Assembly (NCBI GenBank): GCA_965232515.1
Contig: CBDDPY010000002.1
Location: 5,920,001 to 5,984,000 of the forward strand
DNA: 64,000 nt
Direction: 5' to 3'
DNA from: Alphaproteobacteria bacterium
GTDB lineage: Bacteria > Pseudomonadota > Alphaproteobacteria > GCA-2731375
The notes under the pieces were generated by a model, which searched no databases, was not told the origin of the DNA, and worked only from the letters and a program-made list of their open reading frames with translations. Each line of letters starts with the position of its first letter. The first letter of the stretch is position 1. Shown in pieces: positions 37,834-46,976 of this stretch. A program made the translations under genes and the position numbers.

Positions 37834-38565
37834 TCAGGCGTAGCGGCGGCCCTGGTCGCGACGCCGGGCCCAGACGGCGAGCGCGGCGAAGGCGGCCGTG
37901 TAGCCGGCGAGCCAGAGCCAGCTGACAACCGGACCGGCAGTGCCCGCGACAGCGGCCCAGGCCAGCTCGCCGAAATGCCGGGTCGGCAGCCACATTGAAA
38001 CCTGCGCGGCGATGTCGGGCAGTTGCGACGGCGGCAGCCAGAGGCCGCCGGCGAAGGCGAGCGGCAGGAACAGCATGTTGGCGACCGGCACCGCCGCCTT
38101 GGCCGAGACGAGATAACCGAGCGCGATGCCGAACAGTGCGAACGGCACCGCGCCGGCGGCCAGCACAAGGCCGAGCCGGACGCGGGCGCCGAGATCCAGA
38201 TCGATCTCGGCCGCCTGGCCGGCGGTGGCCCAGAGGATCAACACGGCGGCAATGGCGAACAGGATGGCGACGACGATTTGCGCCGCGAGCGGCGGCAGGC
38301 TGCCGGCCGGCAGGATGCGCAAATAGGTATCCCAGGGGCTTTCCCGGTCCTGCGCCACACCGACGCCGAACTGATAAAAGGCGACGCCCAGCACGGCATA
38401 GACGCTCCACGACGCGAGCGCGAAGTTCGCCGCGTCCGGCGCGGCGACGCGGGCACCGAAGAACAGATAGAGCATGGTCGGAAACAGCAGTGTCGGCACC
38501 CAATAGGCCGGACTGCGGACGAGGCCGAGGAGCGTGACCCTGATATGCGCCGCGATCAGTCGCAT
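37834..38565 (-). CDS. ABC-2 exporter permease
   Basis: 6 TM segments, GGLW, WLPT. Confidence 0.88.
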   Translation of the reverse strand: MRLIAAHIRVTLLGLVRSPAYWVPTLLFPTMLYLFFGARVAAPDAANFALASWSVYAVLGVAFYQFGVGVAQDRESPWDTYLRILPAGSLPPLAAQIVVAILFAIAAVLILWATAGQAAEIDLDLGARVRLGLVLAAGAVPFALFGIALGYLVSAKAAVPVANMLFLPLAFAGGLWLPPSQLPDIAAQVSMWLPTRHFGELAWAAVAGTAGPVVSWLWLAGYTAAFAALAVWARRRDQGRRYA

Positions 38566-39443
38566 GCGTCCCTGCCGTGCAGGCGGATCGTCACGGCCTC
38601 CTCCAGGCTGACCGGTGCGATCTCGAGGTCTTGGAAATTGATCCCTCGCTCGACCAGCGCCCGCGCCGTGGCATCCGCGTCGCGGCACCAGAGCGTGTGT
38701 CGCTCGCCGTCGGTCTCCTGGCGCGCGACGCCGGGCAGATCGCCGGCGGACGCGCCGCGATAGCTGAGACGGCGGATCTCGACCGCGGCCTTGATCTCGG
38801 ACACGCTTCCGGCGGCCACCAACGCGCCACGGTCGATCAGCACGACGCGGCTGGCGAGCGCCTCTGCCTCCTCGAGATAGTGCGTGGTCAGGAAAAGCGT
38901 GCCGCCGTCGGCGGCATAGCGCGCGGCGATGCGCCAGAGCGCCTGCCGGGCCGCGGTGTCGAGGCCGGTGGTCGGCTCGTCCAGGAACACCGCGCGCGGA
39001 TTGCCGGCAAACGCCAGCGCCACGGCGACCCGTCGGCGCTGGCCGCCGCTCAGGCCGCCGAGCCGGCGGGCGGCGAGATCCGTCAGGCCGAAATCTTCGA
39101 GCAGGGCGTCGGCCGGGCGCGGTTCGGGATAGTGCCGGCGCACGAAGCCGATGAGCTCGGCGACGGTCAGGTTTTCCGGAAAACCGGTGTCCTGTGGCGT
39201 CGCGCCGATGCGGCGACGCGTGGCCGGTTGCCGCGGATCGGCGCCGAACAGCCGCACCCCGCCCCGGTCGGGCCGGCGCAGGCCGAGAAGGATGTCGATC
39301 GCCGTGGTCTTGCCGGCGCCGTTCGGCCCCAGCAGGGCAACGATCTCGCCCTCGGCGACGGCGAGGTCGAGGCCACGCAGCGCCGGCTGCGCGCCGAACG
39401 ACTTGTGGACGTCTTCAAGCTCGGCGACGGGTGAGGTTGGCAC
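38556..39443 (-). CDS. ABC exporter ATP-binding protein
   Basis: GPNGAGKTT, LSGGQ, LDEPTTGLD, TTHYLEEA. Confidence 0.93.
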   Translation of the reverse strand: MPTSPVAELEDVHKSFGAQPALRGLDLAVAEGEIVALLGPNGAGKTTAIDILLGLRRPDRGGVRLFGADPRQPATRRRIGATPQDTGFPENLTVAELIGFVRRHYPEPRPADALLEDFGLTDLAARRLGGLSGGQRRRVAVALAFAGNPRAVFLDEPTTGLDTAARQALWRIAARYAADGGTLFLTTHYLEEAEALASRVVLIDRGALVAAGSVSEIKAAVEIRRLSYRGASAGDLPGVARQETDGERHTLWCRDADATARALVERGINFQDLEIAPVSLEEAVTIRLHGRDACD

Positions 39444-39446
39444 GCG

Positions 39447-40274
39447 TCAGGACAGCGGCCGGACGGCGAGGCTGATGTTGCCGCTGCCGGACGACTGGCC
39501 GTAGGCGCCGTAGGTCTCGCCGGCATAGGCCGTGCCGCCGGTGTCGTCGAGCGTGCCGAGCATTGTGGCGATCAGACGGCCGCCCATCTCGGCCTTGACC
39601 CTGGCAGCGTAGTCGGGGAAGCCGGCCTTGGCCTCGGCAATGCGGCCGTCGCTCAGCAGCGCGATGAACTCGCGGTCGGCGGCCATCTGGTCTTCCGGCG
39701 GCCATTTTTCGGGCCCGCGCAGAATGTCGTGCGCGAAGGCGCAGGAGGCGATGAAGACGACGCGGCGGCCGCTGGCGTTCGCGGTCTTGGCGACGAGGCC
39801 GCCGATCTCGACGCATTCGTCGAGGTCGGCCATCAGGCAGGTGCCCAGCGTCACCACCGGCAGCGTCTGCGCCGGATCGAGGTATTGCAGCGGCACGCAG
39901 GTGGCGTAGTCCCAGCGATAGCGCGGGTTGTCATTGCGGCCCGCCGGCCGGCCGGTGGCGGCGATGGCGTCGATCAGGGCGTCGGCGAAGTCGGGATCGC
40001 CCGGCCGGTCGTAGGCGATGCCGTCGAACATGTCGGGCGCCTCGTCGGCGATGCAGATGCCCTGGTGGCGGTCATGCCGCGTCGCGTACCAGGGGAAGGT
40101 GGTGACCCAATGCGCCGACATCAGCACCAAGAGATCCGGCTCGAGCGCGCGCAACGCCTCGCCCAGCGCGTAGCTGCCGGCGATGACGCCGCGCAGGAAC
40201 TCCGGCGCCTGCGCTTCGACCGCCATGCGCGGCGTGTGCGGCGTGACGACGCCGGCGATGATGCCGCCCGTCAT
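39447..40274 (-). CDS. LigB/HpaD-type (type II) extradiol ring-cleavage dioxygenase
   Basis: PH, SAHW, GDPDFA, WDYATCVPL, ASCAFAH. Confidence 0.82.
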   Translation of the reverse strand: MTGGIIAGVVTPHTPRMAVEAQAPEFLRGVIAGSYALGEALRALEPDLLVLMSAHWVTTFPWYATRHDRHQGICIADEAPDMFDGIAYDRPGDPDFADALIDAIAATGRPAGRNDNPRYRWDYATCVPLQYLDPAQTLPVVTLGTCLMADLDECVEIGGLVAKTANASGRRVVFIASCAFAHDILRGPEKWPPEDQMAADREFIALLSDGRIAEAKAGFPDYAARVKAEMGGRLIATMLGTLDDTGGTAYAGETYGAYGQSSGSGNISLAVRPLS

Positions 40275-40284
40275 GGCTGTCTCC

Positions 40285-41124
40285 TCAACTCCGCATCCAG
40301 GCCTGGCCCCAGAGGTTGAGCGTGTGCTCCTCGTGCGGCCATTCGCGGTGCGGCATCGATTGCGGCATGCGTTCGAGCTCGGCCGAGATCTCGACGCGGT
40401 TGCCGTCGGGGTCGCGCACCATGAAGAACAGGTTGTTGCCGGGGCCGTGCCGGCCCGGCCCCCACCAGAGCGGCACCCGCAGCGCGCCGAAATGATCGGC
40501 CCAATCGCGGATGTCCATCCAGCCGGTGGTCTCGAAGGCGACATGGTCGAAGCGCGCGGCGTCCGCCCGGAAGGCGGCATAGCTGTGATGCTCCTCGTCG
40601 GAGCGGAAAAAGCAGGCCGAGAGCGCGCCGTCGTCGAACACCTTGTCGGAGACGGCGTAGCCCAATTGGTCGGCGTAGAAGGCGCGGATGCGGTCGGGAT
40701 CCGTCGTGGCGAAGACGATGTGTTGCAGCCGACCGGGCAGGCCGCCGGCGGCGACCGGCTCTTCCGACGGCACGCCGAAGACCAGCGGCAGGCCGTCGGG
40801 ATCGCGGATGGCGAAGGCAGCGTTGCCGAACAACGGACTCGGACTGGCCTCGATCTCGATGTCCTGGGATTGCAAATGCCGTTGCAGCGCGTCGAGCCGG
40901 GCCGGGTCGTCGAGCGCGTAGGCGGCAAAGGGCACCGTCTCGCGCGGACCCTTGCCGATCAGAAAGCGGCGGCCGGCGCCGGAGAGCAGCCAGAGATCGT
41001 CGCCGCTTTTGCGCGCGGTCATGCCGAGGCCCTGGCAATAGAACTGCACGAGGTCGTCCGGCCGGTCGCTGTTCAGCCGGAAATGATGGAATTGCGCGGG
41101 CCAGAGTGGCGAGGACGCGGTCAC
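40285..41124 (-). CDS. VOC-type (type I) extradiol dioxygenase-like protein
   Basis: LQHIV, EEHHS, DHVAFE, GPGRHGPGNNLFFMVRDPDGNRVE. Confidence 0.88.
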   Translation of the reverse strand: MTASSPLWPAQFHHFRLNSDRPDDLVQFYCQGLGMTARKSGDDLWLLSGAGRRFLIGKGPRETVPFAAYALDDPARLDALQRHLQSQDIEIEASPSPLFGNAAFAIRDPDGLPLVFGVPSEEPVAAGGLPGRLQHIVFATTDPDRIRAFYADQLGYAVSDKVFDDGALSACFFRSDEEHHSYAAFRADAARFDHVAFETTGWMDIRDWADHFGALRVPLWWGPGRHGPGNNLFFMVRDPDGNRVEISAELERMPQSMPHREWPHEEHTLNLWGQAWMRS

Positions 41125-41209
41125 GGGTGTCGGCTCCCCTGTAGGCGGTGTTACGTGTTATGTGGCGTTGACGGAATTGTCCGGCAGGCGACAAGGGGTG
41201 TCAAACCGC

Positions 41210-41797
41210 GTGGCGCAGGATTGGGCCAGCTACTACGCCAAAACCGGCGCGCGGCCGCCGCGCGAGACGCTGCTGTTCGCGCTTGACCGGTTCGGCGAGG
41301 CTCAACCGGGATTTGCGATCGATCTCGGCTGCGGCAACGGCCGGGACACGATCGAGCTGCTGCGGCGCGGCTGGCGGGTGCTGGCCGTCGATGCCGAGCC
41401 GGCGGCGATCGACGGGCTGCGGGCGCGGCCGGACCTGCCGGCGGACGCGCGGCTGGAAACGAAAACCGCCCGGTTCGACGATGTCGCGCTGCCGCCGGCC
41501 GACCTGATCAATTCCAGCTTCGCGCTGCCGCTCTGTCCGCCGGACAAGTTCCGGGTGATGTGGGACCGCATTCGTGCGGCGTTGCGGTCGGGCGGACGGC
41601 TATCCTGCCAGTTGTACGGGCCGCGCGACAGTTGGGCCGGCGATCCGACGATCACGCACCTCTCGCGGGACGAGGTCGAGGCGCTGCTGGCCGGTTTCGA
41701 GGTCGAGCATTTCCGCGAGGAAGAAGACGATTCGACGACGCCGCGCGGCACGCCGAAGCACTGGCACATCTTCCATATCGTCGCCCGCAAGCCGTAA
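41210..41797 (+). CDS. Class I SAM-dependent methyltransferase (TehB-like)
   Basis: IDLGCGNGRD, KHWHIFHIVARK; start uncertain. Confidence 0.87.
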   Translation: MAQDWASYYAKTGARPPRETLLFALDRFGEAQPGFAIDLGCGNGRDTIELLRRGWRVLAVDAEPAAIDGLRARPDLPADARLETKTARFDDVALPPADLINSSFALPLCPPDKFRVMWDRIRAALRSGGRLSCQLYGPRDSWAGDPTITHLSRDEVEALLAGFEVEHFREEEDDSTTPRGTPKHWHIFHIVARKP

Positions 41798-41826
41798 CGG
41801 CCGAGCCGGTCGCAAGGCTGTTTTTG

Positions 41827-41932
<106 letters not shown>

Positions 41933-42030
41933 ATCTGCCTTTGTTGTTTCGCGCCCATCTCCTTGCTAACGGCAATTTTGTCGCCATTTGAGGATCGCGC
42001 GGGCTGACCAACCGTGTTGCCCGAAATTTG

Positions 42031-42093
42031 TGCAGCGCAAAATTGATCCTTGAAATCGGTTGTTAATTGCGGACATCAAACATGTGCGCTGCA
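42031..42093. promoter_or_regulatory. Two TGC-N3-GCA sites, PhaR-operator-like
   Basis: TGCAGCGCA 42031-42039 and TGCGCTGCA 42085-42093 with AT-rich flanks. Confidence 0.55.
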
Positions 42094-42148
42094 ACATTTC
42101 CGTCGGCCGCGGCAGCGCGGGCCACGTGTCGTGAGTTTTCTCGAGCCT

Positions 42149-43267
42149 ATGTCCATGTCAGTCGCGCGCCAACATGCGAACAGCGTTCGGACGTCCTTTC
42201 GCGCCATCGCCGGCCCGCTGTCGTGGATCGGCCGGCGCGGCCGGGCAGCGCCGACACCGATCAATCTGGCCTTGCAGGGCGGCGGCGCGCACGGCGCCTT
42301 CACCTGGGGCGTGCTGGACCGGCTGCTGGAGGACGGCCGGCTGCGCTTCGACGCGGTGAGCGGCGCCAGCGCCGGGGCCATGAACGCGGTAGTGATGGCC
42401 TCGGGTCTGGCCGAGGGCGGGCCGGACGCGGCGCGGGCCAAGCTGGACGCATTCTGGGAAGCGATCAGCGATGCCGGCCGGGCGACGCCATTCGCGCTCG
42501 CCGGCCTGTGGCAGACCGGCATGATGGCGGGCGCCTTGGAACCCATGCGCCGGGCCGCCATGGATGTCGCCAGCCGGCTGGTCTCGCCCTATCAGTTCAA
42601 TCCGGCGAACCGGAATCCGCTGCGCGATGTGCTGGCCTCGCTGGTCGACGTCAAACGCCTGCGGCGGGACCTGCCGATCGAGCTCTATATCTCGGCGACC
42701 GATGTCGCGACCGGCCGGGCGCGGGTGTTCGAGACGCGCGAGCTGTCGCTGGACGCGGTGCTGGCGTCGGCCTGCCTGCCGCAATTGCAGCAGGCCGTGA
42801 AGGTCGGCCGGCGACACTATTGGGACGGCGGCTTCACCAGCAACCCGCCGATCCTGCCGCTGGTGCACGGCGGACATGCCCGCGACAGCCTGATCGTGCA
42901 GCTCGATCCCATGCGCGAGGCGGGGCTACCGCAGACGCCGGCGCACATCACCGAGCGGCTGAACAACATCATCTTCAACGCGTCGCTGCGGCAGGAGATC
43001 GCCGCCATCGCGCAGCACCGGACGACGCCGGTGATCGGCCCGTTTACGTTCGGCCGGCAGCGCCGGGCACGGCGGCACCGCTTTCACCACATCGCCGCCG
43101 GCCGGCACACGCGGGGGCTTGGGCCGGGCAGCAAGCTGACGCCGGACTGGGACCTGTTGTGCCTGTTGCGCGACGCCGGCCGCGAGGAGGCCCGCCGCTG
43201 GCTGACGAAGCATCTTGACGCCGTCGGCCGTCGCTCGACGATCGACATCGATGAGACCTTCCTCTAG
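42149..43267 (+). CDS. Patatin-like phospholipase/esterase
   Basis: GGGAHG, GASAG, DGG. Confidence 0.93.
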   Translation: MSMSVARQHANSVRTSFRAIAGPLSWIGRRGRAAPTPINLALQGGGAHGAFTWGVLDRLLEDGRLRFDAVSGASAGAMNAVVMASGLAEGGPDAARAKLDAFWEAISDAGRATPFALAGLWQTGMMAGALEPMRRAAMDVASRLVSPYQFNPANRNPLRDVLASLVDVKRLRRDLPIELYISATDVATGRARVFETRELSLDAVLASACLPQLQQAVKVGRRHYWDGGFTSNPPILPLVHGGHARDSLIVQLDPMREAGLPQTPAHITERLNNIIFNASLRQEIAAIAQHRTTPVIGPFTFGRQRRARRHRFHHIAAGRHTRGLGPGSKLTPDWDLLCLLRDAGREEARRWLTKHLDAVGRRSTIDIDETFL

Positions 43268-43280
43268 GCCAAAGGGGTTG

Positions 43281-43372
43281 AACCACAGAGAGCACAGAGC
43301 ACACAGAGAAGGTTCGTTGGGCGCAAACCGCCCGAAACGAACAACTCTGTGTGCTCTGTGTCCTCTGTGGTT
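43281..43372. repeat. CACAGAG hairpin element, copy 4
   Basis: Three CACAGAG / three CTCTGTG around the GGGCG..CGCCC hairpin. Confidence 0.88.
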
Positions 43373-43386
43373 TCCTGATTCCCGGC

Positions 43387-44295
43387 CTATGCGTTTTCCT
43401 TGAGGCGGGATTCGCGGATGCCGATATAGGCGACGCCGGCGAAGATCATGGCACCGCCGAGCCAGGTCCAGAGATCGGGGATCTCGGCCAGCAGGAAGTA
43501 GCCGAACAGCGCCGCCCAGATCAGCTTGCAGAATTCCAGCGGCAGCACGGCCGAGATGTCGGCCTCGCGCAACGACTGGTTCATCAGCGTCTGGGCGATG
43601 GTGCCGAGCACGCCGATGGCGACCAGCCAGACGAGCTGATCCGGTGTCGGCCACTGCCAGAACGGCAACGCGGCGAGACCCGTCAGCGGCGTCAGGAACA
43701 GGATCATATAGGCGGTGATGGTGAAGCTGGAATCCGTCGCCGACAGGCGCTTGATGATCAGCATCGCGCAGGCCCAGATCGCGGACGAGAATACCACCAG
43801 CATCGGCCCCAACGAAATCTCGACCATGCCGGGACGCAGGATGACGAGCGCGCCGATGAAGCCGATGATCAGCGCCGTCCAGCGGCGGAGACGCACGACC
43901 TCGCCCAGGAACAGCATGGCGCCGATGGTGGCGAACAGCGGCGCCGTGAAGGCCAGCGCCGTGACCTGGGCCAGGGGCGCCAGCGTCAGCGAGGTGAAGA
44001 AGGCGAGCATGGCCATGGCGTTGAGCCCGCCGCGCACCGCATGCAGGCGCAGGTTCCGGGTGCGCAGCAGACTGAAGCCGGACTTCATGAACACCGGCAG
44101 GATCACGAACAGGCCGAAGAAGTTGCGGAAGAAGGCGATCTCGAACGGATGCAGGTCGTCGCCGAGCAGCCGGATCGACAGATGCATGGCGATGAAGCAG
44201 ACGGTCGAGACCAGCATGAACAGCATGCCGCGGGTATTGCGCGGCACGCGGTCGTAGCCGGCCCGAAGACGGGCGCCGATCTCGGCGACGGTCAT
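43387..44295 (-). CDS. DMT/EamA transporter
   Basis: 10 TM segments, FFR, FTAPLF, LGE, RPG. Confidence 0.92.
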   Translation of the reverse strand: MTVAEIGARLRAGYDRVPRNTRGMLFMLVSTVCFIAMHLSIRLLGDDLHPFEIAFFRNFFGLFVILPVFMKSGFSLLRTRNLRLHAVRGGLNAMAMLAFFTSLTLAPLAQVTALAFTAPLFATIGAMLFLGEVVRLRRWTALIIGFIGALVILRPGMVEISLGPMLVVFSSAIWACAMLIIKRLSATDSSFTITAYMILFLTPLTGLAALPFWQWPTPDQLVWLVAIGVLGTIAQTLMNQSLREADISAVLPLEFCKLIWAALFGYFLLAEIPDLWTWLGGAMIFAGVAYIGIRESRLKENA

Positions 44296-44313
44296 TGGCG
44301 CAGATTCTGAAAC

Positions 44314-44338
44314 GGACTCCGGCCTGCGCCGGAGTGAC
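44314..44338. repeat. Single REP-like palindrome GGACTCCGGCCTGCGCCGGAGTGAC
   Basis: Same GGA..hairpin..TGAC layout as the CTGGAT..GAC family. Confidence 0.6.
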
Positions 44339-44430
44339 GACAGAATTTGGCGGATGCGTCGGGAAAGGTATTCATGGCAGGCACGGCCGCCTAGGCTAGC
44401 ACGGCGGTCGGGCTGATCGGGAGGCGGGCG

Positions 44431-45432
44431 ATGACGACGATCCTACTGACGCACGCGCCGGCGGCGCTGGCGAACTATTACGGCGACGAGGCGGTGGCCG
44501 GGCTGCGGGCGCTGGGCGATGTGCGGTTGAACGAAACCGGCGCGCCGCTGTCGACGGACGGGTTGATCGCCGCGGCAGACGGCGTCGAGATCATCGTTTC
44601 GGACCGGATCACGGAAGGGCCGGCCGCGGTGTTCGCGCGCCTGCCGAAGCTGGCGGCGTTCGTGCGCTGCGCCGTCGATATCCGCAATGTCGACGTGGCC
44701 GCGGCGTCCGCGCATGGCGTGCTGGTGACGCATGCCAGTCCCGGATTCGTGCAGTCGGTCGCCGAGCTGACGGTCGGCATGATGGTCGATCTGGCGCGTG
44801 GACTAACCGACGTGACGATGGCCTATCGCCGCGGCGAGGCGCCGGCGGCGGCGATGGGGCGGCAGCTCTCGGGCGCGACGCTGGGCGTGATCGGCTATGG
44901 CGCCATCGGCCGCTATCTGGCGGCGCTCGGCCGGGCGTTGGGCATGTCGGTGCTGGTGAGCGACCCGCATGTGACGGTGCACGAGGCCGGCCTGGCGCAG
45001 GTGGCGCTGCCGGACCTGCTGGCGCGCTCGGATTTCGTGGTCTGCCTCGCCGTCGCCAATGCCGAGACCGAGAACCTGATGGACGCCGCGGCCTTCGCCG
45101 CCATGCGGCCCGAGGCCTATTTCGTCAACGTCTCTCGCGGAAACCTGGTGGACGAGGCTGCACTGCTGGCGGCGCTCGATGCGGGCGGCATCGCAGGCGC
45201 CGCGCTGGACGTCGGCAGGGCCCCGGACCAGATGCCGTCGCCGGCGCTGGCGGTGCATCCACGTGTCATCGCGACGCCGCATATCGGCGGCCTGGTGCCC
45301 GAGGCCATCCGCCACCAGGCCATGGAAACGGTGGCCCAGGTCGAGGCGATATCGCAGGGCGAAAAACCGGCCGGCGCGGTGAATTTCGAGGCCGCGAAAC
45401 GGCTTACGTCGGCTTTTTCAAACGCCACCTGA
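44431..45432 (+). CDS. D-2-hydroxyacid dehydrogenase family
   Basis: GYGAIG, NVSRG, TPHIGG; the usual LDVxxxEP reads LDVGRAPDQMP. Confidence 0.9.
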   Translation: MTTILLTHAPAALANYYGDEAVAGLRALGDVRLNETGAPLSTDGLIAAADGVEIIVSDRITEGPAAVFARLPKLAAFVRCAVDIRNVDVAAASAHGVLVTHASPGFVQSVAELTVGMMVDLARGLTDVTMAYRRGEAPAAAMGRQLSGATLGVIGYGAIGRYLAALGRALGMSVLVSDPHVTVHEAGLAQVALPDLLARSDFVVCLAVANAETENLMDAAAFAAMRPEAYFVNVSRGNLVDEAALLAALDAGGIAGAALDVGRAPDQMPSPALAVHPRVIATPHIGGLVPEAIRHQAMETVAQVEAISQGEKPAGAVNFEAAKRLTSAFSNAT

Positions 45433-45464
45433 CGGGTACCAAAAATTGTGAAAATCCTTAACAG

Positions 45465-45553
45465 GATTCCGCTTTATGAGTGCAACATCGTGTGTAAGAT
45501 TCCGGCAACGAATCAACATATGGTGTATAAAGTTGGGGATAGCCTGTGGATAA
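45465..45553. promoter_or_regulatory. Tandem NrdR-like boxes, tandem DnaA boxes and three GANTC sites
   Basis: NrdR-like 45480-45495 and 45511-45526 (31 bp apart); DnaA GGTGTATAA 45522, TGGGGATAG 45534, perfect TGTGGATAA 45545; GANTC at 45465, 45498, 45510. Confidence 0.68.
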
Positions 45554-45578
45554 ATCGAACGCCAAAAAGCCCGGAAAA

Positions 45579-45737
45579 ATGGAACGTTCGAAAGTCGTAA
45601 GTCCGTATTTGTTGCGTCGCCTGCGTTCGGTCGATCAGGTGATCGAGGAACGCCAACGCGGGTCGGCGCAAAGCGTGCGCTGGGAGGCCGCGGGCAACGA
45701 AAATCAGACGCAGAAAGCGAAGCTGCAGAGCCTCTGA
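45579..45737 (+). CDS. 52-aa hypothetical protein
   Basis: ATG after GGAAAA directly downstream of the box cluster; no family assigned. Confidence 0.5.
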   Translation: MERSKVVSPYLLRRLRSVDQVIEERQRGSAQSVRWEAAGNENQTQKAKLQSL

Positions 45738-45759
45738 AAGCAGTTCGAGGCGGTGGTGT

Positions 45760-45847
45760 CTGGATTGCCGGGTCAAGCCCGGCAATGACAAGTTGTCTCG
45801 GGTACCTGTACCAATCCGTCATGCCCGTGCTCGACACGGGCATCCAG
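45760..45847. repeat. REP doublet, CTGGAT..GTCAAGC..ATGAC family, copy 1
   Basis: Two inverted 30-bp hairpins; also at 52293, 55482 and 58429. Confidence 0.9.
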
Positions 45848-45899
45848 CGGCATTCATGCCGGCCGATTCGATGAAGGAAAGGCGTGCCGCTCGTCGACG

Positions 45900-46952
45900 T
45901 CAGCCGGCGGGCGGGCGGCCGAAGGCCCTTTCGAAGCGGGCCGCGTAGGCGGGCCAGGCCTCGGGGTTGATCAGGCGCGGCGGGCGCTGGCCGCGAAAAA
46001 CAGTCATCAGTTGTTCGGCCGCGATGACGGCGATGTCGTGGCGCGATTCGCGGGTTATGCCGGCGATGTGCGGGCTGACGATCACGTTGTCGAATTGCAG
46101 GAGCGGGTGATCCGCGGGCGGTGGTTCGACGTCCCAGACGTCGAGGCCGGCGCCGGCGAGACGGCCCGAGGCGAGCGCTTGCGCGAGCGCGGCCTCGTCG
46201 TGGATGCCGCCGCGGGCGGTGGTGATAAAGCGGGCGCCCGGCTTCATGGCGGCAAAGGCCGCGGCATCGATCATGCCGGTGGTCTCTGATGTGCGCGGGC
46301 AGTTGATCGAGACGAAATCCGATTCGGCCAGCAAGGCGGGCAGATCGGTTTTTTCCGCGCCGCGCGCGGCGACCTGCTCGGCCGTCAGGTAGGGATCGAA
46401 GGCCAGGACCCGTATGCCGAACAGGCCGATGCAAAGCTCGGCGATTCGGGCGCCGATATTGCCGAAGCCGACAACGCCGATGGTCTTGCCCTGCAGGTTG
46501 TTGCCGATGAAGACCTCGCGGCTGCCGACCTCGGCCCGGCGCGTGGCCCGGTCGGCGTCGATCAGCCGCTTGGATAGCGTGAGCATCATGGCCAGCACGT
46601 GCTGGGCCACGGCCTCGGCGTTGCCGCCGGCCTGGTTGACGACGAGCACGCCCGCCGCGGTGCAGGCGTCGACATCGACGGTGTCGTAGCCGGCGCCGTA
46701 GGACGAAACCACCAGCAGGTTCGGGCAACGCGCCAGCAGGTCCGACGTGACGTGGTAGGGGAGCGGCAGCTCATCGCGGGCCGACATCACCTGGTAGGCG
46801 TGCGCCGCCGACATGACCTGCCAGTTCTCGGCCTCCGGCGTCGCGAAACTGAGCTTGTCGACGCCGAAATCGCCTGTCTCGCGCAGCATTTCGGCCATCA
46901 CGTCGTGCTGCAGACGCTCGAAATAGAACAGCCGGACTTGCGGTTGGGGCAT
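45900..46952 (-). CDS. D-2-hydroxyacid dehydrogenase (SerA-like, no ACT domain)
   Basis: GAGYD, GFGNIG, TARG, LDVWDVEP, SPHIAG. Confidence 0.93.
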   Translation of the reverse strand: MPQPQVRLFYFERLQHDVMAEMLRETGDFGVDKLSFATPEAENWQVMSAAHAYQVMSARDELPLPYHVTSDLLARCPNLLVVSSYGAGYDTVDVDACTAAGVLVVNQAGGNAEAVAQHVLAMMLTLSKRLIDADRATRRAEVGSREVFIGNNLQGKTIGVVGFGNIGARIAELCIGLFGIRVLAFDPYLTAEQVAARGAEKTDLPALLAESDFVSINCPRTSETTGMIDAAAFAAMKPGARFITTARGGIHDEAALAQALASGRLAGAGLDVWDVEPPPADHPLLQFDNVIVSPHIAGITRESRHDIAVIAAEQLMTVFRGQRPPRLINPEAWPAYAARFERAFGRPPAG

Positions 46953-46976
46953 GGGGTTTCGACGTGTTGTGGAGAA

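Noticed and set aside
45433-45760. Firm oriC call
   Set aside because: No usual origin-flanking genes, no full CtrA TTAA-N7-TTAA site, and skew cannot be computed here
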